In this document: one piece after another, positions 19,101 through 29,740 of the stretch
Position numbering within the stretch: position 1 is the first letter of the stretch
Layout of the letters: the number at the start of each line of letters is the position of its first letter
Origin: a virus
IMG/VR virus record: IMGVR_UViG_3300045988_128835
Reading direction: 5' to 3' (one strand)
DNA: 64,000 nucleotides
The notes under the pieces: generated by a model
What the model saw: the letters and a program-made list of their open reading frames with translations, nothing else
The model's database searches: none
Told to the model about the DNA's origin: nothing
Made by a program: the position numbers and the translations under genes

Positions 19101-19837
19101 CATATCGTAAAATTAAGTGTTTTTTCTAATATCAGATATTCAGTATGAACTTTACTTCCGCCATCATTTATCAAGTCCAAATTAATATAAGCTGTATATG
19201 ATACATGATGATCACCAGGAGCAATACGTTTCATATCTGATAAGAACATAGAATTTAAACCTTGGCCAGACCATGATTCTGGATATGGCAAAGGTTTAAA
19301 GTCGGCGTCTGTACATCTTACAATCCAAGTAAGATTAGGATCTGCCCTAACTATTCTATCATGAGGTCCATCAATTACAAGATCTGGCATCTCATATTGG
19401 TAACTATCATAATTAAGGACAATAGGATCACCAAAGTTTACACCGTATATAGCAGCAGGTGGAGTAAAGCTTGTTATTAAAAAGGTTCTATTAATCCTAT
19501 TGGTTGTTCTTAGCGTAAACTCATCAGGTGCTATCACACTTACTCTAAATCCATAATAAGGAGAGATTGTTAAAGCAATAGCAAGAACCACCGAATCCTG
19601 TTCAAGCAATTCCTCTGTCGTATCAACCTGACTATCGATCTCTTGCCTATCTTCCATTGGAACACCGCCTTGGACACTTATGGAATCCAGCCGTTCTTTT
19701 TTAGACAGAAAGATAAATTGCCCGCCCTGTGGAATGGTGCCTACTTTCTTTCCTTCTACGATTACCCCCCCCCCTATACAATCGCTAACTATCTTATACT
19801 CATATAGTTTAGCATTATTTTCAAATCTTCTTCTCAT
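19100..19837 (-). CDS. tail-fibre/receptor-binding-like virion protein, MRRRF N-terminus, contains a G10 homopolymer
   Basis: 245 aa; last gene of the minus block; shares its MRRRF start with two paralogous-looking ORFs. Confidence 0.5.
   Translation of the reverse strand: MRRRFENNAKLYEYKIVSDCIGGGVIVEGKKVGTIPQGGQFIFLSKKERLDSISVQGGVPMEDRQEIDSQVDTTEELLEQDSVVLAIALTISPYYGFRVSVIAPDEFTLRTTNRINRTFLITSFTPPAAIYGVNFGDPIVLNYDSYQYEMPDLVIDGPHDRIVRADPNLTWIVRCTDADFKPLPYPESWSGQGLNSMFLSDMKRIAPGDHHVSYTAYINLDLINDGGSKVHTEYLILEKTLNFTI
19765..19774. repeat. C10/G10 homopolymeric tract inside the coding sequence (encodes GGG in ...DCIGGGVIVEG...)
   Basis: Counted directly: 10 consecutive C on the plus strand. Confidence 0.9.
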
Positions 19838-19841
19838 AATT

Positions 19842-20459
19842 TCATAAAATTAATTCGGTAAAGGGGCGGACAAAACGTGGATTACTCCTTGTACTTGTAT
19901 CCAAATGATCTCCTTGGATGTTTATATCATAATACCACGAATAGGTAGATTGTGTAGATTGAGTGGATGTCCACATTTTATTACTCATTATCGTACCTCC
20001 TACCATTAAAAGGCATTCGTTTATTTCATTCGCATACAATGATATCAAAAAAAACTCTCCGGCGCCACCTACATATCCATTTTGACCATTTTTAAATAAA
20101 TAGCTATTAGCTTTATTAAAAGCGTAATTTTCATTACTGGTATCATATTCAAGATACGCATTCTGATTTTCACGCCCCCAATAATCCTTTTTAACGGTCT
20201 CCATATAAGAACTATTTTGTGCAAATATATTGTCTACTCTTCCATTCTTACCCCAACTAAATGTGCCAATATATTCGGTGGCTATAACAAAACACACTTT
20301 ATCTACAAGAGCTATTCCATTGCATAGATCATTGGAATATCCTTTATTAGACCAATTTTCTTTTGTATATAATCCTCCATCTACATGTTGGATGTATATG
20401 CCTTTATTGATTATAAGCGAGGGATTTACCCCCATCCCTATTTGAAATCTTCTTCTCAT
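19842..20459 (-). CDS. tail-fibre-like protein with MRRRF N-terminus
   Basis: 205 aa, rich in W/Y/N/G (beta-sandwich-like composition). Confidence 0.5.
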   Translation of the reverse strand: MRRRFQIGMGVNPSLIINKGIYIQHVDGGLYTKENWSNKGYSNDLCNGIALVDKVCFVIATEYIGTFSWGKNGRVDNIFAQNSSYMETVKKDYWGRENQNAYLEYDTSNENYAFNKANSYLFKNGQNGYVGGAGEFFLISLYANEINECLLMVGGTIMSNKMWTSTQSTQSTYSWYYDINIQGDHLDTSTRSNPRFVRPFTELIL

Positions 20460-20501
20460 CTTTTTTTTTGCAAGATACTATTTTTTTTCATAACAAAAGA
20501 A

Positions 20502-20542
20502 ACCGGTTCCCTATCATCTCTGACTGAGAACCGGTAAGAAAA
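20502..20542 (-). terminator. hairpin (AACCGGTTC...GAACCGGTT) followed by a U-rich tract on the minus strand, downstream of the 2140-aa gene
   Basis: 9-bp stem seen; U-rich flank on the minus strand. Confidence 0.35.
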
Positions 20543-20672
20543 CAATTTCAGAAAAAATTAAACCTACATAATCTTTCAAGTAAGAACAAAAAAACGTACA
20601 ATCTACTCTTTGACGATGCTAATATAACATATTGGAATCATACAAAAACAATGCAAGTCCGATATTCTTCGT

Positions 20673-23600
20673 CTATTTGTAACTAACGTCATCGTCTCCT
20701 TCCGAATCAGGAGTAGCGCCGATGAAGAACATCATTGACTTGTTGTTTGTCTGCTGCCACCAATTATAGGCGCGCGCTACGTCTTCCGGCGTCTTGATAT
20801 TATACCATTGTTTGATAAACGTCTGTTTGGCGAGTTGCCTAAATAACTTAGACTCTCCCTTGTATGTACCGGATGTTACTTTATCAAGTGAATAATTCCT
20901 AAGATCGGTAAGATCCTTCAGTTTTCGCCCCATAACAAACGGATCGTTAATGATATCTACCACGTTAAGCTCCATAATAAACGGCATCTGTGAAGCTATT
21001 TCGTTTATGGTTCTGAATCCGACATAGGATCCAAATTGAGTAAGCCAACTTTCTTCGTTTTCATCATCATCACGCCATCCGGCAAGAAGCATGGATACGG
21101 CTTGCATGATAAGGAACGTGCCGGCATAGACACTGAGGCGTTTGAGATTAGTTTTTTCTACCTCATTCATATTGTCTTTATTTTCGTTCCAGGCATCTAT
21201 GATGTTTTTCATACCAGACTCGGAAGCCAGGCTAAATGTTTTGGCTATCATATTCTTTAACGTAATTGACAACCCTTCCTCTTCTTGCATTGTTTGGAAA
21301 TTGAAGCCACGTCTTTTCCACAGACGTTGAGCCGCCAGCACCAACCATCCTCGGTGGGCGGTCATGAACCTGGCTATCCAGTTGCGCGATGCGGCAGTTC
21401 GGTTTTCTTCATTCAAAGATCCGTTACATATCTGCGACAAGCTACGGACTTGATTCCTGGTTATAGCCATCTGGGTTTCAACTTCCTCAACAGTAACACC
21501 CGATCCTGGCTTTACAACCACCTTCCCATCCACGACGTCTACCATACTCCATAAAGTACGATCTTTTAATGCGTTCCATTCTCTTTTTATGGTACTCTGT
21601 TCTTTATTGCGTTCTTTTTCCATCTTGAAATCTTGGAACGTGTAGAACCGGCCTTTGTAATAACGAACATTGTCCATAGTAGCAATCATAACCTGCGGAT
21701 CAAGAGGGTAGTTCAGGATTTCCATAAAAGCATACATAGGCGAACGCATTAAGGTCCTGGCCGCTCTATTGTATCCGGCACCATACATACGATTTCGGAT
21801 ATTGAATATCCCCATTCTCTCACCTATGACATATAATTTGCTTTTCCTATCTATGTCTCCGGTTTCTGCTATACAAGATGGAGCAAGGCGTGAAAATTCA
21901 GCCGATGCGTATTTAAGGGAGTCTTTGCTTATATACTGTCCTACGGCAGATTCCATGATGAGGTTGATATGACCTGTTAAGGCGCCGGTAGCTGCCACAA
22001 ATGGAGACAGTGCCAAGTTCATGACCGACATAAACCTTTCAACAGCCATCATAATTCTTGTAAGGTCTACCGTATATCCTCCGATGTTCACCGTAAGTTT
22101 TTTGGTGTTCATCCTAATGCCATAATAATGATCGTTGAAGAAGTCCCTGAACATCTGATATGCTTGGGTTGCTTCAGCCTTTTTACCACCTTCAAATTGT
22201 TTATTTAGTAACATCTGCTCCAGTCCTTGAGCGAGCTCTATAGACTTCTGCTTTTCGTTGTATAACGATGACTGCATCATAAGCATCGAATAAGAGTAGC
22301 CAAAATCGTGAGATACATCATCTTGGTTCTCCAATTCATATATGTAGTATTTAGGTATAGACCTAAGCCTGTCTTCTGGATCATACACTTCTCCTTGCCT
22401 GGTCTTACCATATAGAGAATCGTCTACTCTGTCCAGGCACAGATCTGATACAAAATTACGAACCGTATTTTTGAAGTTAATACCCAATCCTTCTACACGT
22501 TCTATATCTTGTTTGGATATCTGTGGAATAGCATACAGGTTCGGGCTCTGCTCTTTGTATAGATCAAGGGATTGTCTTTTTATTTCCTTGAGTTTTTGAA
22601 TCATATTCCACTGCTCTACGTTTTTAGTAGCAACCTCATTACCGTCAGCATCATACTTGATACCAAAGTCATTGAAATACGATTCGTCACGATACAGGCT
22701 TTTCTTAGGCATTCGATGACCATACCCATGATCTTTTACATAATCAGGATTACGACCGCTATTTTCGGCTTCAGATTCAGCCACCCATGCCCTTGCAGGG
22801 TCGAAAGACAAGTACGATATGTCCATGCCATAATCTTGGGTGGATGTACCGTTTTGTACGTCCTTAACCATTTGCGCCACATCTATCTCACCTCGACCGA
22901 TTTTGTCGATCATAGCTGCATATCCGGTAGGCGCCATGCGTTTATAGTACGAAAAAACCTGGCTTCTGGCAAATTCATTAACAATAGCATTAGCTTCTTC
23001 TACGCCCTCTTCTCTTGTATTATTTAAAAATAAGCTGGCCATCTTAGCATTAACAGCATTCCTGAAATCTCTACCGTCTAATTCTTTGCTTATACCAAGC
23101 TTTTCTGACAGGTAGTTGGTTTCAGATACGGTAAACAGATATCGGTTATCAGCAGCCTTAAACAGCTTATCCCTTAAAGCCTGAATCCTTTTTGCTTTCT
23201 TCGCCGTAGTATGACGTTGTACGAACTTCCATTCCACTTCCTTGGAGTCAGCAAGAGCATTTAAATAAGACTGATTTACTTCGTTTTCAGCCTTACTGCT
23301 TTTAGTAAGGTACTTATCAATATCTTCAAGACCCACCATCTTAGCATAATCTATCAAAATAGCGTAATCGGCTTCAATAGCTTCAGATGCGGCCCTAAAA
23401 GCATCTCTTTCAGATGAGGTAAATGTCGCTTCGTTAATCTCTCCGATATCAGCCACATCGCGATTGTTTCCGATTATTTCCTTGATAATAGCCTTATTTT
23501 TTTCTATATCTTTCACAATAGAATCCACGTCAGTCGCATCTCTATCACTTGTCGTAGAACTAATGATATCATGCGCCATTTTAAGATACGAAGCCTTGTT

Positions 23601-26600
23601 ATTTGATTCGGTACGTGCCGACTGTTCTGATTCTACATCATTCCAAAACCGATCGTTGAATGACAGGTGACCTCCCAACATAAGTGTCTTCAGCGCAGCT
23701 TCTCCTCCAGACTCGCTCTGAATCGTTCTTAATTTTTGCAAAAACGATTCTGATACGGCATTAGTGGCATTATTTGATTCCTTTCTCCAAACTTCATTTA
23801 TAGCTTGTATTTCTTTGGCCATCTTAAGTTGGTCGCCGGTTTTTTCCACTCTCCTGGTTCCTACATATATGTATTCTGAAGCTGCTTCCTTACGTTGTTT
23901 ACGAAGCAGTCCTTCTTCTTCGTAATTGCTGCTTTTAAAATAGGCAACCTCATCAAAATTACCACCGCTATCAATAAAAGGCTGCCTCAATATCCGTTTT
24001 TGCCGGGATAGGGCATTAAGGTATTCTTTGGTTGTTTGAGAAACCGGATGCCCTAATTCTTCTTCAGCCTTTTTGTATATGGATTCCATTCTTGTGGCAT
24101 AACTTTCGCTAAATTCCAGTTCCGAATTTTCAGCATCCCACTTTTCCATCTGCTCTGTATAGATCTTTTCCTGCTCGATGGTAAAAATATCGGTATTAAC
24201 TCTATCAGACGATGGTTTGAATTTAGCGTTTTCAGTAACCGTATTTCCATCCTTGTCAACTACTTCTCTTTTAAATACGTAATTACGGTTATTGTCAACC
24301 ACATCACCAATTTCTTCTTCTGATATCTCTATGTTCATGGCAGTCGCAAACGCTCGCATCTGCGCCAGCTTCTTATTACGATCGTATTTAGCCATATCAA
24401 GAGCACTACGAAGGTAATTAGAAGTTTTGCCGTCTACTTTCTGAAGCAGTTTTTCAAATTCAGATTTGTTAAAACCATGCTTTTTCGCATATGCCAGGAA
24501 GTCGGATATGGCGGGCTGGGCATTCACCATCGCATTGTAATTGTCTTTGGCAATCATAGCTCCAAGAGCGTTATTGAACGGATTGGAAGAATGCTCTAAT
24601 ATACCAAACCACCTACTTATCCAAGAAACATCGTGTTGAACCTTGTCGAAAAATTCTTTTACTCTCTTTACCTTATCTGCCGGCACATGAAGTTCGTTCA
24701 TTAACTTATCAAGCAACGTGCTTTCATCAAGGTCTTGTACTGATTTAATATCAGACTGAATACCATTGATGTCGGCAATGACGGTATTGATCCTATTTGT
24801 ATAATCCTGCTTTTCACGTTCATCAAATTCGGTACTTCTGTTACGGATATATCCTCGAAGATCGTTCATGATCGGAAGAACCTGATTGTTGATAATATCT
24901 ACGTTCTTTCGATCATTGGTATTGAAATGAAGCTTGCCGTCTTTGGTATCACCATGAAGGATGGTGTTCACCACATTACTTAAGTATCTGACCTGAGCTT
25001 CGGCTGTGGAGATCATGCTGTTCATGGCAGCCGCCATCTCATTCTTGTCTATTTCGGTCTCTACCTTATTTATCTTATCTTCTATGGTCTTAAGCTGAGC
25101 AAGGGTCATAGACGTAGTTACAGCCCTATCAGAGCTTATCTGACGTAAGTCTCTTAATGTTTTTCTTAGTGATCTGATCTTAGACTCAAGAAACTTGTTC
25201 TTGTTCATAGAAGAAAGGGAGTATAATGTAAAGTCATTATCCTTTAACAGAGAGGTGTCAAATCCTTTATCTATGTCAGTAATGGCAAGATCACGAATGT
25301 TTTTAATAACGTTATTCAAATCTTGTCTTTGGGTTGATAAAGCTGATTTAAGCCAGCTTACGATTCCAGAGAAAAGCTGCCGGACGCGCCCCAGGAAGGA
25401 GGTGGGCTCTACCGGCGCCTGTGCTGTGCCGGTCTGCATCTCCCTGGCGAGGATCTTTCCAAGAATTTCTCTCCTAATAGCATTATCAAGCTCAGCTCTT
25501 TCATATACCTTACCGTATGTATTATAATACTGACCTGCATACTGGTTCCACTCTTCCGTACCTTCTACATCTTGCAGAACAGCCTCAACAGCATTCTGAT
25601 CTCTGTATGCCTCTACAAGGAAGTGGGCTGTTTCTTCTACTAAATCAGATAAAGTAGCATCTTCACCAACTGCTATTACGTTATTGGCAATATCCGCCAA
25701 TGCCTTAGCAGAAGGTTCATGCCCGTATTTGGTTTGGTACTTCTCTATATAGTCGGTCATACCTATGACACTAACGCCAAGAGTTTTCAGTATCTCGACA
25801 ATAGAATTTCGTTGGTCACGTTCCTGCCTGCTATAATCCGATACGATCTTAGCTTTAGTATCAGCATAAAGATCGTTGTCTTCTAATATGAATGAAACTA
25901 CAAGCGCATCAAAATGATCGTACTTGGCGTCCAATTCATTGTATCTTCCTGACTTAAGATCGTTCTTTATCTGCTCTTTGCTAACCCTTTCCGTTCCTCC
26001 GGTGGCGAGCCTCATAGTTACCTTACTATTATCCAACGAGCTTATGGTTATCATACCTTGGTCGTTCATGGAAACATCTGAACCAAAATGATTACGGAGC
26101 TCGGTGTAGGATAAGGCTGAATTGAAAAGTCTAATTTGTCCTGTATGACCTTCTCCTGTAAGATAATAGCTTCTTGTTTCAGGATCGAATATCTTAGATC
26201 CGGACAAAAGACCTTTCTTTATAAGGTAGTTAATTATACCACCTTTTGTTGATAAAGAAGTAGAAGCAGAAGCGGTCATGACCGGTATAAAAGATTTGGG
26301 ATTATTAAGAACATACCTTCCAGCTTTGTAAGTAATGTCTGCCACGCCATCCCAGGCAGATTCTTGAACGGTGCCTGATAAGAATCCTATTCTAATATCA
26401 TTCCCGCCAGAGCGAAGAGCTTCTCCGTAATCTTCAAATAATTGATTACGATCGTTCATGAAAAACAAACGAGGCTCTCCGGTCTGATACGTTACACCCA
26501 CAGGATTAGAATCTGTTTCTGGTAACTCTTCTGGGCTAAATATCTTAAGACCGTCCTTTATAACCATATAATTAACACCCTTATCCTGTACCATAGATAC

Positions 26601-27095
26601 GGGAGTGAAGTCCGAAAATATAGCATCTTGTAGATACTGCCCGGCGTCTATTCCCGGTCCTTCCGGTACGGAAATACTTGACGGAACCATAGCATCCACC
26701 AACATAATATTATCACCCAGATCTTGGCTATAGAATCCGAAGCCTGATTCTTGAATCCCATAAGTTGCATCTGATTTTGATACAAGAACAGGATTACTCA
26801 TCTTAGAAGCCTTATCCAGCACCCTTTCTCTATAAGCTTCCGGAATAAGATCGATGTTGGATTTCACCTTATTGTAGGCCTGTTTATTGATAGGCACTCT
26901 CTTTCTCCAGTCGCCAAAAGCCTTTAAGAACTTATTAGAAAATACGGTTTTAAAAACAGTAGTAGCCCGTTCCCTATTTTCCATAAGAGGAATAGATGCT
27001 ATTTTATCAAACAACATAGACCTGTCCCCTGATCTGGTAGAGACAGAAACAACTTTCTTTTTATTATCTCTTTTAATAATACACGTTGACGCCAT
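20673..27095 (-). CDS. giant virion protein (2140 aa), probably internal/ejected cargo or a tail component
   Basis: Uninterrupted 6.4-kb ORF; no DxDGD RNA polymerase motif found. Confidence 0.8.
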   Translation of the reverse strand: MASTCIIKRDNKKKVVSVSTRSGDRSMLFDKIASIPLMENRERATTVFKTVFSNKFLKAFGDWRKRVPINKQAYNKVKSNIDLIPEAYRERVLDKASKMSNPVLVSKSDATYGIQESGFGFYSQDLGDNIMLVDAMVPSSISVPEGPGIDAGQYLQDAIFSDFTPVSMVQDKGVNYMVIKDGLKIFSPEELPETDSNPVGVTYQTGEPRLFFMNDRNQLFEDYGEALRSGGNDIRIGFLSGTVQESAWDGVADITYKAGRYVLNNPKSFIPVMTASASTSLSTKGGIINYLIKKGLLSGSKIFDPETRSYYLTGEGHTGQIRLFNSALSYTELRNHFGSDVSMNDQGMITISSLDNSKVTMRLATGGTERVSKEQIKNDLKSGRYNELDAKYDHFDALVVSFILEDNDLYADTKAKIVSDYSRQERDQRNSIVEILKTLGVSVIGMTDYIEKYQTKYGHEPSAKALADIANNVIAVGEDATLSDLVEETAHFLVEAYRDQNAVEAVLQDVEGTEEWNQYAGQYYNTYGKVYERAELDNAIRREILGKILAREMQTGTAQAPVEPTSFLGRVRQLFSGIVSWLKSALSTQRQDLNNVIKNIRDLAITDIDKGFDTSLLKDNDFTLYSLSSMNKNKFLESKIRSLRKTLRDLRQISSDRAVTTSMTLAQLKTIEDKINKVETEIDKNEMAAAMNSMISTAEAQVRYLSNVVNTILHGDTKDGKLHFNTNDRKNVDIINNQVLPIMNDLRGYIRNRSTEFDEREKQDYTNRINTVIADINGIQSDIKSVQDLDESTLLDKLMNELHVPADKVKRVKEFFDKVQHDVSWISRWFGILEHSSNPFNNALGAMIAKDNYNAMVNAQPAISDFLAYAKKHGFNKSEFEKLLQKVDGKTSNYLRSALDMAKYDRNKKLAQMRAFATAMNIEISEEEIGDVVDNNRNYVFKREVVDKDGNTVTENAKFKPSSDRVNTDIFTIEQEKIYTEQMEKWDAENSELEFSESYATRMESIYKKAEEELGHPVSQTTKEYLNALSRQKRILRQPFIDSGGNFDEVAYFKSSNYEEEGLLRKQRKEAASEYIYVGTRRVEKTGDQLKMAKEIQAINEVWRKESNNATNAVSESFLQKLRTIQSESGGEAALKTLMLGGHLSFNDRFWNDVESEQSARTESNNKASYLKMAHDIISSTTSDRDATDVDSIVKDIEKNKAIIKEIIGNNRDVADIGEINEATFTSSERDAFRAASEAIEADYAILIDYAKMVGLEDIDKYLTKSSKAENEVNQSYLNALADSKEVEWKFVQRHTTAKKAKRIQALRDKLFKAADNRYLFTVSETNYLSEKLGISKELDGRDFRNAVNAKMASLFLNNTREEGVEEANAIVNEFARSQVFSYYKRMAPTGYAAMIDKIGRGEIDVAQMVKDVQNGTSTQDYGMDISYLSFDPARAWVAESEAENSGRNPDYVKDHGYGHRMPKKSLYRDESYFNDFGIKYDADGNEVATKNVEQWNMIQKLKEIKRQSLDLYKEQSPNLYAIPQISKQDIERVEGLGINFKNTVRNFVSDLCLDRVDDSLYGKTRQGEVYDPEDRLRSIPKYYIYELENQDDVSHDFGYSYSMLMMQSSLYNEKQKSIELAQGLEQMLLNKQFEGGKKAEATQAYQMFRDFFNDHYYGIRMNTKKLTVNIGGYTVDLTRIMMAVERFMSVMNLALSPFVAATGALTGHINLIMESAVGQYISKDSLKYASAEFSRLAPSCIAETGDIDRKSKLYVIGERMGIFNIRNRMYGAGYNRAARTLMRSPMYAFMEILNYPLDPQVMIATMDNVRYYKGRFYTFQDFKMEKERNKEQSTIKREWNALKDRTLWSMVDVVDGKVVVKPGSGVTVEEVETQMAITRNQVRSLSQICNGSLNEENRTAASRNWIARFMTAHRGWLVLAAQRLWKRRGFNFQTMQEEEGLSITLKNMIAKTFSLASESGMKNIIDAWNENKDNMNEVEKTNLKRLSVYAGTFLIMQAVSMLLAGWRDDDENEESWLTQFGSYVGFRTINEIASQMPFIMELNVVDIINDPFVMGRKLKDLTDLRNYSLDKVTSGTYKGESKLFRQLAKQTFIKQWYNIKTPEDVARAYNWWQQTNNKSMMFFIGATPDSEGDDDVSYK

Positions 27096-27235
27096 AAGAA
27101 TTTATTTTGTTTTGACACAAAGGTAATTAAAAATCAGGCACATGATAAAAACAAAGCCGTCTAACTTCCCAGTCTGACGGCTTAATATACATATGAAAAA
27201 ATAATTATAATCTGACGTAAATCGTCAAGTTACGC

Positions 27236-27559
27236 TTACGCATTATATTTGTACCCATTTCTATGAATAAACCTTCCTGATTCGAACCTTTCCACATCAT
27301 CCGGTCCAATAGGTCCGCAGTCTTCCCTCCTTGCCTCATACCACAGCCCCGGCTTACGGAGCCGGCAGGTTATGACGTATTTAAAGCAGTTGTGAGTAAA
27401 ATGGAATACGGAGCCTACTGGGAAATACCTGGTAGTTTGAAACACTATTCTTTTTCGTTTAGTATCAAACACTATATCTCCTACTATCTTAGCCACGTAA
27501 TAGCTTCTGCCATTTAACGTTTCATCTGTTTGTGGTATCCAATAATAACCTCTTGCCAT
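27236..27559 (-). CDS. hypothetical protein
   Basis: 107 aa; first ORF of the small-gene island. Confidence 0.4.
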   Translation of the reverse strand: MARGYYWIPQTDETLNGRSYYVAKIVGDIVFDTKRKRIVFQTTRYFPVGSVFHFTHNCFKYVITCRLRKPGLWYEARREDCGPIGPDDVERFESGRFIHRNGYKYNA

Positions 27560-27597
27560 GCCACAAATATATGAAAAAGTCGGATAACTTACGTACC

Positions 27598-27909
27598 CTA
27601 CTCTATTATTTGTTTAAATAGTCCAATTTCATCTATTTTGACATGACCGCTTTGTATACGACCATTATTAGGATTATGTAGAAAATTGAAACCACTTTCT
27701 TTTTCCTGTCTTTCAAAAGAACTGATATCCTTTCCTCTACGGGCTCTTTCAAAAGCTTTCTTGAACAACTTGCCTCTAAAGGTCTTGACGAGGATCTTGG
27801 TAGCGTTATTGCCGGCTCTTACCATTACTTTCCTTGCCTGGTCCTCCGAGACAAAGCTGCTTCGGAAAATATACGATGCTGCTGCTTGTATATCTTGTTT
27901 AGTAATCAT
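27598..27909 (-). CDS. hypothetical protein
   Basis: 103 aa. Confidence 0.4.
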   Translation of the reverse strand: MITKQDIQAAASYIFRSSFVSEDQARKVMVRAGNNATKILVKTFRGKLFKKAFERARRGKDISSFERQEKESGFNFLHNPNNGRIQSGHVKIDEIGLFKQIIE

Positions 27910-28256
27910 ATGACAAACATTTCTTTCAAGATACTATTTTGTATGCTATATATCAATTTCATCCCATCTCTATCATATACGTCAAAAAAGGATTCACTTA
28001 AGTTCTTTGGATTTACATTCAGTTGAATTATGCAATTACCGGTATAAACCTTAATTCCGTAATTATCAGAGTATATATCCTGCATAGTCTCAAATGTCTC
28101 AATTAAATTTTCAACAAGGACTCTGTTAAATGAAAAAGATTCTTTACCATTACCTTTAAATGTGATATGATCTAAATTTATGTTGTCAAATTCATACTCT
28201 AACTGATTGCCGTCCATCATATTATAAATGATTGACTTTTTGATTATAAATCCCAT
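27906..28256 (-). CDS. hypothetical protein
   Basis: 116 aa, coupled with the neighbouring ORF. Confidence 0.4.
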   Translation of the reverse strand: MGFIIKKSIIYNMMDGNQLEYEFDNINLDHITFKGNGKESFSFNRVLVENLIETFETMQDIYSDNYGIKVYTGNCIIQLNVNPKNLSESFFDVYDRDGMKLIYSIQNSILKEMFVI

Positions 28257-28273
28257 ATTATTTTGTTTTTTAG

Positions 28274-28579
28274 TTAATATAGATCTTCTGAATACAATTG
28301 TTCTCTAATGGCATTCCTATCTACTACCATTTCCTGATTATTGTTTCTAACAAGTTCAGATGCCTCCTCTCTTGTTAAAAACCGATTCTTGCTTGTCAAA
28401 AATCCTTGAACACTGCGGTTTTTATGGGCTATACCGTATGCCGCAAGTTGAGATAGTATAGAGGGGTGTCTCAATCCACAGAACACGGTTCCGGATGGTA
28501 TATTGGTGGGCTGATAGGGACGCTTCTTGCCGTCCTGCACCCAGATGGCAGCGCATATCACGATTTCTTTATTGCACAT
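28274..28579 (-). CDS. hypothetical protein
   Basis: 101 aa. Confidence 0.4.
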   Translation of the reverse strand: MCNKEIVICAAIWVQDGKKRPYQPTNIPSGTVFCGLRHPSILSQLAAYGIAHKNRSVQGFLTSKNRFLTREEASELVRNNNQEMVVDRNAIREQLYSEDLY

Positions 28580-28581
28580 GA

Positions 28582-28857
28582 CTATAAATTTAATATTCCG
28601 TTTTTACCAATATGTTTCTTTTCTTCTTCAGTAGGCCATTCTTTCTTGAACTTACCGTGCCACGTTCCAGGAACTACCACCACTTCGCCTCCCTTACTAT
28701 ATTCAATAGCGGCACATTCAGAACAAAGAGGCTTGCCTTCATATCCCTTTAGCGACTTATCGTAAATACGATTCTTACAAGGTCTTATAAGAGCCCAATA
28801 ACAGGATGTGGCTGTATTATCTATACAGCCACATTTTGAACATACAAACAAACTCAT
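28582..28857 (-). CDS. zinc-ribbon protein (CSKCGC...C...CSEC)
   Basis: 91 aa with two CxxC pairs. Confidence 0.45.
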   Translation of the reverse strand: MSLFVCSKCGCIDNTATSCYWALIRPCKNRIYDKSLKGYEGKPLCSECAAIEYSKGGEVVVVPGTWHGKFKKEWPTEEEKKHIGKNGILNL

Positions 28858-29717
28858 CCCGCAATCTCCCAGTCATTAGACATAATATCATGTTCGGTTG
28901 GATTCCAATTTGATGCTACTTTTTGACCTGTATCTACCATCAATATATTTACGTCAAACATACAGATATACTTTTTACCCCAATCGATTCTTTTTATCTT
29001 ACGACCTAATTTAAGCCGTTCTAAAGCCTGTTCGAATGTCATGCCACGACGAGGCAGTTTGAGATACTTTTTAAGTCTGTCGGCAGCTTCATTTGGTGTA
29101 TGGCCATCGTATTCGAAAGCGGTTTCTCTTTCAGGAACATCAAACAAATCCCAGTATTTGCTTTCATAGTGATTAGATACCTGACCGGTAGGCAGGATCG
29201 CCATCACAATAAACCAATCATCAGAACCGAAGCATTTTTCTCCGTCGCTGTGTCTCCTTGATTTGCAAACTTCAACCTGTCCGCTTCTGGCTAATAGATT
29301 AAAGAAGGCAGCGTTATACAACATGCTATACCGATACAATTCATTGAAAGTGTGGTATCCGTCAGAGACTTCTCCCACGTCTACAGGCTTCTTGTTTTGA
29401 ATACTACCCAAAATATTCTCTATATAGAGCTGTATTTTATACATACCCATTTCGGTGTGGCCGTATTTGTTCAAGATATTATTGACATCGTATTGTATAT
29501 TAAAATCTTTTTCAAATTCTACTTCAGGATGATTAGGATAGAAGTAGTCCACTGATGCTTCTAACACTGACTTTACGTGTTCTATTATCCTCGCAACATC
29601 ATCATGTTTAAAAAAATGCTTAAATCTTTCAACGAATTTAATATCTTCGTTGATTGCTGATTCGAACTCTTCTTTTGTCATTACTCTAACCACATCTTTA
29701 AAATCTTTTAATTCCAT
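28854..29717 (-). CDS. hypothetical protein with a C-terminal DUF2829-like (MTFEQALERLKLGRKIKRIDW) phage domain
   Basis: The C-terminal ~60 aa match the MTFxEALxxLKxGKKxRRxxW pattern common in phage proteins. Confidence 0.5.
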   Translation of the reverse strand: MELKDFKDVVRVMTKEEFESAINEDIKFVERFKHFFKHDDVARIIEHVKSVLEASVDYFYPNHPEVEFEKDFNIQYDVNNILNKYGHTEMGMYKIQLYIENILGSIQNKKPVDVGEVSDGYHTFNELYRYSMLYNAAFFNLLARSGQVEVCKSRRHSDGEKCFGSDDWFIVMAILPTGQVSNHYESKYWDLFDVPERETAFEYDGHTPNEAADRLKKYLKLPRRGMTFEQALERLKLGRKIKRIDWGKKYICMFDVNILMVDTGQKVASNWNPTEHDIMSNDWEIAG

Positions 29718-29740
29718 GATTTGTTTTAAATTAATTGTTA

